Shown here: positions 28,612 to 36,683 of the stretch, piece after piece
Position numbering within the stretch: position 1 is the first letter of the stretch
Layout of the letters: each line of letters opens with the position of its first letter
Source: Promethearchaeia archaeon
GTDB taxonomy: Archaea > Asgardarchaeota > Lokiarchaeia > Sigyniarchaeales > SOKP01
Direction: 5' to 3'
DNA: 64,000 nucleotides
Assembly (NCBI GenBank): GCA_046483985.1
Contig: JAWOCD010000017.1
Location: 46,024-110,023 of the forward strand
Notes under the pieces: model-generated
The model's input: the letters and a program-made list of their open reading frames with translations, nothing else
Database searches by the model: none
What the model was told of the DNA's origin: nothing
Position numbers and translations under genes: made by a program

Positions 28612-30192
28612 TTAATTTTTCTCTAAATTACGTACTCCTAATTTAATTTGCTTGGAGAACATTTCGTTTCCATTCTTGGAAGGGTTTTGAAATTTGATAA
28701 TACAGTGGAAAGTAACTTTCCCCTCGTTTTGTTTTGATAAAATGTATTTCCTCTGTAATTTTTCATGGAGATCTAATGCTTTAATAAGTTCATTTTTTGC
28801 GCTCAGTTTAATTCGGTTAGGTGGTTTCCAATTCAGTCGATAGGAAAAATTTCTGAAAACAACATTACCCTTGTTTCTAATCGTTAAAGTTAATATGAGT
28901 TTTTTATTTTGTCGTCTTATCTTATAGTTGATTTGTAGTATTTGGGAGAAAATATGAGTTTTCAGCGCGAGATCCGAAAGCTCATCAATATTTTTGATCT
29001 GAGCACCGATGTAAGCAGAAGTAGAAAAAGTATTAATTTCATTTATTAGTGCATGGAGATCTTCTGGAAGGAAAGTAAAATCGAGTAAGTTTTTTAGGGT
29101 TTTTTGGGAAAGCATTGTGAAAACCAAAATTAGAAATCGCTCTTTATGCTTTTTGGAGTTCCTGTCTAGTTCGTAAAGGAGGCTTTTCTCGTAAGATTTA
29201 ATGAAAATCTTTAACAGAAAATTATATAGTGTACTCTGCTTAGAAGAGGAGAGAAGGAGGCTTTTGGCTGAAAAATCATCACATACCCCGAGATAAAATG
29301 AAAGGAATTCAAGTCTGTTAATTTTCAAGCCACATTTACCCAAAAACATCAATGTTCGAAAAATATTCTTTAAAAATTTAAATGTGTCATTTTTGGAAAT
29401 GGAATCGGATTCTCTTTGTAAGGTATTAATCATTTTGGCTGTCAATTCTATTTTCTCTTCTCCTAGATTTAGAAAAAGTTTTTGATTCCCCGTTAAAATT
29501 TTGAGAATTAATTTGGTATATCGTCCCCTCGCATAAATATTTGTTAAAAAAATGGCCAAATCATAAATAACAAGATTCGTTTCCTTGTCTGAAAGTTCTA
29601 TGAGCAGATACTTTTTCAATAAATGGAAGAAAATCTCCCGATTTATAATAAAATCCAATACTTTTTTCTTATAGAGTTTGGCCGAAATCTTGAGGACTTT
29701 ATTTCTTGTATATTTTACCCCTATAGACCTATTTTTCTTTAAATGCATATGGGCATCTGCCTCTATTACAAAAGGGAGTGTTAGATTTAACCCAAAATTC
29801 TGATTTACCTTTGTTAAGCTTCCCGTAAATTTTTTCCGGAAATGCCGGGTTATATCATGTATGGTCGTTTTTTCTTTTTCTTTTGGTAAGGAGTAGTGTT
29901 TTGTAGTGGCTTCCTTGATTTTTTTGAATTTCTTTGACTCCTTCTCAATATTTTCCCCTCCTACCATTTGAGCGTTTTTAGAGAAAAGATAAACTCTCGC
30001 TTTTCTAGCGTATTCCACTAAAACAACAAATTGAATACGTCCGAGTTGCTTGACATCTAATGAAGGAAGGACACCACGGGTGAAGATGCTTTTTGCCTTC
30101 ACTCTTAATACTTTCACGGTTTTCGGTCGTTTCTCTTCATATTCTTTTTGAGCAAATTTTACAATATCCTTTAAGTGACTCCTTCCCTTCAT
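28612..30192 (-). CDS. Hypothetical basic protein with possible C-terminal Ig-like domain
   Basis: 526-aa ORF; LTLTIRNKG beta-sandwich-like tail. Confidence 0.6.
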   Translation of the reverse strand: MKGRSHLKDIVKFAQKEYEEKRPKTVKVLRVKAKSIFTRGVLPSLDVKQLGRIQFVVLVEYARKARVYLFSKNAQMVGGENIEKESKKFKKIKEATTKHYSLPKEKEKTTIHDITRHFRKKFTGSLTKVNQNFGLNLTLPFVIEADAHMHLKKNRSIGVKYTRNKVLKISAKLYKKKVLDFIINREIFFHLLKKYLLIELSDKETNLVIYDLAIFLTNIYARGRYTKLILKILTGNQKLFLNLGEEKIELTAKMINTLQRESDSISKNDTFKFLKNIFRTLMFLGKCGLKINRLEFLSFYLGVCDDFSAKSLLLSSSKQSTLYNFLLKIFIKSYEKSLLYELDRNSKKHKERFLILVFTMLSQKTLKNLLDFTFLPEDLHALINEINTFSTSAYIGAQIKNIDELSDLALKTHIFSQILQINYKIRRQNKKLILTLTIRNKGNVVFRNFSYRLNWKPPNRIKLSAKNELIKALDLHEKLQRKYILSKQNEGKVTFHCIIKFQNPSKNGNEMFSKQIKLGVRNLEKN

Positions 30193-30194
30193 AA

Positions 30195-30237
30195 TAATTT
30201 TAATTAATAATTGGTAATTTTAATTAATAATTAGTAA
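30195..30237. repeat. 20-bp tandem duplication in a divergent promoter
   Basis: TAATTTTAATTAATAATTGG / TAATTTTAATTAATAATTAG. Confidence 0.7.
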
Positions 30238-30264
30238 ACCCAAATAAATTTTTAATAAAATTAG

Positions 30265-31149
30265 ATGTGTGTGAAAATGTCATTAGATGGTAAAAACGTG
30301 ATTATTACTGGTTCGGGACGGGGAATAGGAAAGCAGATAGCAAAAGCATGCGCAAAAAAAGGGGCAAATGTGGGAATCACCTCTAGAACGTTAGAAGAAT
30401 TACAACAAGTCAAGGAAGAAATACAAGATATCTCTGATGTCAAGGTAGTTATAAAAACCGCTGATATCACAGATTACGATGCTGTGGAACAAATGTTTAA
30501 AGAATATCATAAGGATTTAGGAGAGTTGTTTGGGGTGATTGCTAACGCGGGAATGTCTGGGCGATATGACACCCATAAATTTACAGCAGAAAAATTTGCA
30601 AAAATCATAGACGTAAATGTAAACGGGGTCTTTCATACATTTAAGGCATCTTATCCGTATTTAAAGAAGGATAATAAGAAAGATAAAGCCCGGTTTATTA
30701 TTACCGGAAGTGCTGCCTATGCAGCGGCAATGCCAAAGTTTGCGGCGTATACTGCCTCTAAATATGCGGTTGTCGGTCTGCAGAAGGAATTAAATCTCGA
30801 ATACCGCCGTGAAAACATTAATTTCAATATGGTCTTGCCTACTATGGTTGATACTCAACTTTTACGAGGGGAAAAGGCAGGTGACGGAAATGCTCCTCCC
30901 AGTATCATGGATCCTGAAGATTTAAGAGAGTATTATTTGTTTCTTCTCTCAGAAGATGCAAATCGGGTTTCTGATGAGTTGATTTTTACAAACGAAGTCA
31001 AGGCCTTTAAAAAGGCTCTGAAAGATGCTCCCGATGATTTGCAAGATGATTGGAAGAAATATAAGGATTATCTTAAAGAAAACGATAAAAGTGCCTACAA
31101 AGTGGTTAAAAATTACAAGAAGTTAACCAAGTATCTTTTCAAAAATTAA
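30265..31149 (+). CDS. Short-chain dehydrogenase/reductase
   Basis: TGSGRGIG, ANAG, YTASK. Confidence 0.92.
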   Translation: MCVKMSLDGKNVIITGSGRGIGKQIAKACAKKGANVGITSRTLEELQQVKEEIQDISDVKVVIKTADITDYDAVEQMFKEYHKDLGELFGVIANAGMSGRYDTHKFTAEKFAKIIDVNVNGVFHTFKASYPYLKKDNKKDKARFIITGSAAYAAAMPKFAAYTASKYAVVGLQKELNLEYRRENINFNMVLPTMVDTQLLRGEKAGDGNAPPSIMDPEDLREYYLFLLSEDANRVSDELIFTNEVKAFKKALKDAPDDLQDDWKKYKDYLKENDKSAYKVVKNYKKLTKYLFKN

Positions 31150-31186
31150 TCATACATTTTTTATTTATTTTCATTCTTCTTTCTCT

Positions 31187-31774
31187 ATGACTATTGAAAA
31201 GCAAAAGATTGCTAAAATTATTCACATTGAGGAGTATATAGACGAGCCTACAAAGTTTTCCCACCTTTTTGAAGTCCAATTACCACCAGAAAAAATTAAT
31301 CTATGGAAACCTCGGAGGAATTTCAATATGGGAACGCCCTTAATAGGAGATTTATATCTTGATTTAGAAGAAGAAGATATGCTGGAAATCCATCCATTTC
31401 CAGAATGGGTTGTTCAACTATATTATCCAGCCAACCAAAAAAGTATCCCTTATCTTGTTGTTCCTAATCTCCCGAAAGCAAAAATCAGAAAATTAAGAAG
31501 AAAATCTATAGATCAAAAAATAGACATTATCGACCAAGAGATTAAACATATTAAGATTGAAAATCTGATCGCTTTTGAATATAAAGTGGGCATTAACATA
31601 ATGGTGCGTGCCTTTATCCCTCATTTTTTTATATCATCGCATATAGACAAAGAAAAAGGTGAAAACCCGCCTTATCTTCAAGTTTTTGAACCTGAACTAA
31701 GTGCCTTAACCGAAAACCTTGAAATTAAGACAAGTTATTTCTTTAGGTTACCCTATAAGGTTTATATATCTTAA
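31187..31774 (+). CDS. Hypothetical protein
   Basis: 195-aa ATG ORF; no motif recognised. Confidence 0.55.
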   Translation: MTIEKQKIAKIIHIEEYIDEPTKFSHLFEVQLPPEKINLWKPRRNFNMGTPLIGDLYLDLEEEDMLEIHPFPEWVVQLYYPANQKSIPYLVVPNLPKAKIRKLRRKSIDQKIDIIDQEIKHIKIENLIAFEYKVGINIMVRAFIPHFFISSHIDKEKGENPPYLQVFEPELSALTENLEIKTSYFFRLPYKVYIS

Positions 31775-31786
31775 GAGACATTCAAA

Positions 31787-32011
31787 TCATTCTTTTAATC
31801 TGTTTATAACAAATATATTGATGAGAGAAGGGAGTACAAGCCAAACCAGCAAAATTGAAATTAAAATTTCGCCAAATGTACCGGGTGTTCGATAGAAAAT
31901 ATTACTAAAGATATTAATAAGGAAATGAATAAAAATTATCGGAATTAAGCTTAACGTCCATTAGAAAATAATGCCGAAAACTACTCCCAATATCATGGCG
32001 TAAGAAGATTC
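31787..32011 (-). pseudogene. CPBP/Abi (CAAX protease-like) C-terminal fragment with in-frame stop
   Basis: YAMILGVVFGIIF*WTLSLIPIIFIHFLIN: HxxxN motif; TAA at 31961-31963. Confidence 0.55.
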
Positions 32012-32015
32012 ACTA

Positions 32016-33092
32016 TTAGATGATTTCGTAATTTACGGGGAGGCCATCCCTTTGTTTTTCCATAAATTCATTAATCAATTTAAGATGTTCTGAAAATTGA
32101 TTAAAGGAAATTTGTTCATCTTTATATCTCTGAGTTATATTCTGGATGATATAGGCGGGAGTAAATTTAATAAACCGAATATCGGAGAACAAGATGACCT
32201 TCCCTTGCCCTTCAAAAATATAATTCCCCTTGAGTAAATCGTCTAAGACATCTTGTCTATTATTGAGAATATTTAAACATTCGTTCACGGTGAGAACTTC
32301 GTTTCTCAATTTTTTAATTAAGGAAAATATGGGTTTATCCATTAAAAAGTGCAAGATTCTCTTATTTTCAATTTCGGACGTACAGTCGAAGGTTGCGTAA
32401 AATTCTTGAAACTCATTTATATACGTATCATACAGTCCCCCATCCTTGTCTGAAATCGTAAGCTCATGGGGAGGGATTCTAATACAAGATAAATCCTTTA
32501 TAAGAAAGTAACAGTTGTCACACCCGGGGATATTTTTCTTTTTAACTAAACCCTCGCGTATAAATGTACTAAGAATTAAATCAATATTTGAGGTTGAGAA
32601 TCCATATTGTTTCCTTAAAAGGGATTTCAATTGAATCTTGGAGAGGACCCCTTTTTGGAGAATCTTTAAAATGGTGTGTTTAATCTTATCGCGGAAAAAA
32701 CTCAGAAGATTTTCTTCTTTATCTAATTTTGTATAGTTTTTAAGCGTGGTATATGCTTCACTAATAGCCCTTGTAATTTTATTGGAATTGATTAACTCCA
32801 CTAAATTCTTACTTATAATACCGATTATATCTGGATTATCTTGGATTACATCTTTTACATGATCTTGATCTGTATATTCCACCATTAAAAAATAAATCTC
32901 GCCCTCAAATTTATGGATAACCGAGATATAACTGTGCTCATTTTTCTCTTCAGGGGTATAATTAATCATAGATTCTGCTTTATTCAATTCGTGTTTTGCC
33001 CAGATTTTTAGAAAAAGATCTTTAGAAGGGAAATTATGTTCTGGGGGATACTGGATAATTGCCTCAGGACCTGTAGATTTATTCCAATGCAC
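32016..33092 (-). CDS. Longin/uDENN plus wHTH protein, NPRL2/NPRL3-like architecture (true start probably ATA at 33107)
   Basis: (IRLIIV)HWNKSTGPEAIIQYPP resembles NPRL2 FHPTLGPKITYQVP; ILKILQKG...DLILSTFIREGLV wHTH. Confidence 0.65.
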   Translation of the reverse strand: MHWNKSTGPEAIIQYPPEHNFPSKDLFLKIWAKHELNKAESMINYTPEEKNEHSYISVIHKFEGEIYFLMVEYTDQDHVKDVIQDNPDIIGIISKNLVELINSNKITRAISEAYTTLKNYTKLDKEENLLSFFRDKIKHTILKILQKGVLSKIQLKSLLRKQYGFSTSNIDLILSTFIREGLVKKKNIPGCDNCYFLIKDLSCIRIPPHELTISDKDGGLYDTYINEFQEFYATFDCTSEIENKRILHFLMDKPIFSLIKKLRNEVLTVNECLNILNNRQDVLDDLLKGNYIFEGQGKVILFSDIRFIKFTPAYIIQNITQRYKDEQISFNQFSEHLKLINEFMEKQRDGLPVNYEII

Positions 33093-33109
33093 AATTATAA
33101 GTCTTATTT

Positions 33110-34906
33110 CTAATCACCCCTCCCTTCTGCTTTAACCTCAACGAGTTCTGGGATTTCTGGTATCAATTCGAAATATTTTCTTTGGAAATGCCGTTCAAGA
33201 ATAGGATCAATCCGTTTTTTCCATAAATTTACATCAACTCCGGAAAAGGCTTTATCTTTAAGAGAGAACTTCCGTTCAATATCTTCTATAAAATGATCTA
33301 ACTTATTCCTTAAAATTCGTAATTCTTCTGTTAAAATTAGAGCAAATATCAGTTTCTTGTTTTTGCTGAATCCAAACAATATTTTTTTTCCGCCGTGATC
33401 GATTACCCTTAATTTTTTTTCTTCTTTCGTAATTTCTTGTAGCATGGTAATGAGTCCGATAAAACCCCCACTTGCTAAGTCTGATTCTATCGCATCTTCA
33501 TCAATGGGTTTAAATGACTTTTCATAGAGGAGCATTCCAGATTCATGAATTACAAACAAATGAATGAGATAATCGGGCCAGTTTTGTTCCTTGGGATTTA
33601 CTGTTTCCTCAATATTAGAAAGTAGAAAGAGACTAATTATTGAGCCTAAATTAATTACTCCAATTATAAAGATTTCACGGGTGTATTTATTCGCAAAAAA
33701 TGTTGTTGGGATATTCATCGCAGTGAAAAGACCCAGAATGATACTAAAAAGCATAACAGCGAAAGAAATGCCAAATACCTTTCCTAAGTCTTTTCGCTCT
33801 GTTATGTCACTCATTAACAAGGGAACTGTCATAAAGCTCGCTAAAAATGCAGCAAAAAATACGGTCAGTCCGAAATAAGGTATATTAATCTCAAATAATC
33901 TGAGGAAATTCACAATTGAAATCGCTAAAATGATGCTTGAAACCGTGGTTTTTCTTCCATAAAAATCGAACACAGCACCCACACTGATTCCTGTTATTAA
34001 AGAAAACGAGACAGCAATAAAGACCACTACAAATGTGAGAACACTTGGCCATTCTCCAAAATAAAAAATCTCAATATCTACTATAAAAAAATTGGTAAGC
34101 ATTCCTATTGTAAAACCAAAAAAGGCGATCATTATGATATATTTGATAATTCGAATATTGATTTCGGTTGAATCTTTACCAATAACTATTGGTTTGTAGG
34201 GCTTTTCTTCTTCTTTATTTTTATAGAGATAAATAATGGCGCCAATAATGATTAAAACGGGCAGCGTGATAAGGATTTCATTAGCTATTAAAAAGAACAT
34301 AATACCTAGGGTAATAATTAGTAAGATAATTAAATATGAATATACACGACCACGTTCTAATATTGTGGTGAAATCAATAAAATAAGTCGCTAAAAATATG
34401 TAAAGTATCCCTGCAATGACACTATTGGTAAGAAAAAAGAGAGAAGGAACTAAATCTCCGGTTCTTCTAAAGAATCCTATATGCAAAGTAGTAATTAATA
34501 CAGATAAGAGTAAAATTTTGAAAAGCAATGGATATCTTTTTCCTTTAACTTTATCTAAAGTAAAGCCGCCGATCAAAAAACCAATTGCCACACCGATAAT
34601 AATAAAAAAACCCGATTGTAACGGGAAATTCCTATAAGCTCTCGTACCAAGATCTATGGTCAAAAATATGTCAATCATAAGTGTGGAGGCAAAACAAACA
34701 GCTATGAGATACAGCGTAAGAAACTGCTTTTTTGTGATTTCGATATCTTTAAATAATCCTTTATACGTCTTCTCCGTTTGTTTTTTAATATATTCTCTAA
34801 TTTTCTCTTCATAAATCTCTTTTTCGAGGCTGTGTTTTGAATCCTTAATCTTCTTCTGATTTTGATCCTTCCCGTTTTCTTGCTGGTTATTTTCCATTTT
34901 TTTCAT
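33110..34906 (-). CDS. MFS-fold transporter fused to a C-terminal longin-like domain
   Basis: About 12 TMs with motif-A loops GFTLDKVKGKR and GAVFDFYGRK, ERGRVYS; soluble tail LIHLFVIHESGMLLYE...SDLASGGFIG...IDHGGKKILF. Confidence 0.8.
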   Translation of the reverse strand: MKKMENNQQENGKDQNQKKIKDSKHSLEKEIYEEKIREYIKKQTEKTYKGLFKDIEITKKQFLTLYLIAVCFASTLMIDIFLTIDLGTRAYRNFPLQSGFFIIIGVAIGFLIGGFTLDKVKGKRYPLLFKILLLSVLITTLHIGFFRRTGDLVPSLFFLTNSVIAGILYIFLATYFIDFTTILERGRVYSYLIILLIITLGIMFFLIANEILITLPVLIIIGAIIYLYKNKEEEKPYKPIVIGKDSTEINIRIIKYIIMIAFFGFTIGMLTNFFIVDIEIFYFGEWPSVLTFVVVFIAVSFSLITGISVGAVFDFYGRKTTVSSIILAISIVNFLRLFEINIPYFGLTVFFAAFLASFMTVPLLMSDITERKDLGKVFGISFAVMLFSIILGLFTAMNIPTTFFANKYTREIFIIGVINLGSIISLFLLSNIEETVNPKEQNWPDYLIHLFVIHESGMLLYEKSFKPIDEDAIESDLASGGFIGLITMLQEITKEEKKLRVIDHGGKKILFGFSKNKKLIFALILTEELRILRNKLDHFIEDIERKFSLKDKAFSGVDVNLWKKRIDPILERHFQRKYFELIPEIPELVEVKAEGRGD

Positions 34907-35217
34907 TACTCAGATTTTTTAACGTATGTTTTTATATATCAATGAATTAAAATTGTTTTTTAAATAATTTAGGTAATTATTTTTCTTTTACCTTAACCAA
35001 TATAAGTAATAAATTAACGCTAAAGAAAAAAATTTATTCAACCTATAACCGAGTATATAAGAAATTATGTAGAAGAAGGGACTGATTCGACTGATATAAT
35101 ATGGGTATAAATAAAAATATTCTTTAAGAAAAAAGAGACTCCCTGGAAAACCCTCCGTAGGAAATTCGGAAGTAAAAAATCCCAAATTTGATATGGGCGG
35201 ATGGGGTACATAGAATT

Positions 35218-36639
35218 TCAAGCAGGAATTTCGGCGATATCGTGAGTGGTGTCGTTTAACCAATGTTGCATTAATTTTAATGTATTTTGAGTCGCTTGAA
35301 CTTCTGCATAACCCGAAATTTTAGGATCTAGATTACCCCCTACCCCATTTAACACATAATGGGTTCCGTTGATTAGATTATGTTCATAAGAATGACCATG
35401 TCCAAAAAAGACGAGACTCACATTGAATGTATCGGCTAAATCTGTCACTCGAGGCATCCGATTATTTATGTTATCATTCTTTCCCCTGAGTGGCGGAGGA
35501 TGTAAACATATTATTCTAAAGGTTTTATTCATCGATTTCTGTAAATCTTCTTGGGCCCATTCCAATTGATCATCGTCCAGTTTATCAAATCCGCCTTCTT
35601 CATCCTTCGTAATATTCCATGGATCTAACATCGTAAAATGGATTTGACTATAATTAAATGAGTAATAGAACTGCTTATTAGTTTGCCTTTCCAGCGGATA
35701 AAATTTTGCAAAAATGTCCCCTTCAGTATCATCAAAGCGTTCATGATTTCCTACAACGTCTACTAGAGGAGCAGAAGAAGCTAATTCACTATGTACAGAA
35801 ATATCATCAAACCATGATTTCCAAGTAGGATAACGGGTTCCCTTCGAAGTAATATCTCCGGTGACGATGGTAAACTCTGGAAAGTTACCCTCCGAAGTGG
35901 CTTTTTCAGCCATATATTTGGGAACATTAGGCCCGAGCAAGCAACCTAGATCAGCACTATTTTGTCTAGGATCTGAAAAAACCAAAAAATTGAAGGAAGA
36001 ATTAAGTGAAGGAGCAGTCATGAAGCTATGGATGGTTTCATCAAATTCGTTTATCCGATAATAGTAGGTAGTATTGGGATTCAATCCGGTTATGCCGATT
36101 TGATGCCATTCGACCAATTCACTATCCTCCGATATATTCAGAGAACTTTCACTAAATTCCTTATCCGAGGTAAAACTTATACTTGATTTGGCTGGATCCA
36201 CTGTTCGCCACATTATTGTGACCTCTGTTGAAGGGTCTTGACCAGAACCCCAAGTTAATATGGGTCCAGTATTATAATGCCTCGCACTATAGAAAAAATT
36301 GATCTCCCAGATACCAATTGTGCTTGCTGTAATACCAATGATTAGAAAAAAAATAAAGGTCGCTGGCCAGATTTTCTCTACGTTTTCTTTTTTCTTGATT
36401 TTTAAAATCATCACTCGAATGGAAATAAATACCATTCCAATGATAAAAATTGCTACAGCAGGAAGGATGATCCCTACAATATTAAATCCAGAAAGGTATA
36501 AATATTCCGCATAGGCAGATAAAAATAAGGGTAAAATAATTAGAAAAGCTAGCGGAACAATTAAACTGATTTTAAGTAAAGTTAACTTAAATTTTGTAGA
36601 TCTGAAAATCTTCATATGATGTGTAAAACGTGAATCCAA
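35218..36639 (-). CDS. Membrane-anchored purple-acid-phosphatase-like metallophosphoesterase (FN3 plus MPP)
   Basis: 3 N-terminal TMs, GLNPNTTYYY, SD, TGD, GNHE, HPP, GHGHSYE. Confidence 0.85.
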   Translation of the reverse strand: MDSRFTHHMKIFRSTKFKLTLLKISLIVPLAFLIILPLFLSAYAEYLYLSGFNIVGIILPAVAIFIIGMVFISIRVMILKIKKKENVEKIWPATFIFFLIIGITASTIGIWEINFFYSARHYNTGPILTWGSGQDPSTEVTIMWRTVDPAKSSISFTSDKEFSESSLNISEDSELVEWHQIGITGLNPNTTYYYRINEFDETIHSFMTAPSLNSSFNFLVFSDPRQNSADLGCLLGPNVPKYMAEKATSEGNFPEFTIVTGDITSKGTRYPTWKSWFDDISVHSELASSAPLVDVVGNHERFDDTEGDIFAKFYPLERQTNKQFYYSFNYSQIHFTMLDPWNITKDEEGGFDKLDDDQLEWAQEDLQKSMNKTFRIICLHPPPLRGKNDNINNRMPRVTDLADTFNVSLVFFGHGHSYEHNLINGTHYVLNGVGGNLDPKISGYAEVQATQNTLKLMQHWLNDTTHDIAEIPA

Positions 36640-36683
36640 AAAAATATTTTTATAAATGAAAAGAATTCAGTCTTAGCGGGTAA

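Noticed and set aside
34988-35263. 91-aa minus-strand ORF
   Set aside because: Overlaps the phosphoesterase end in another frame and has no motif
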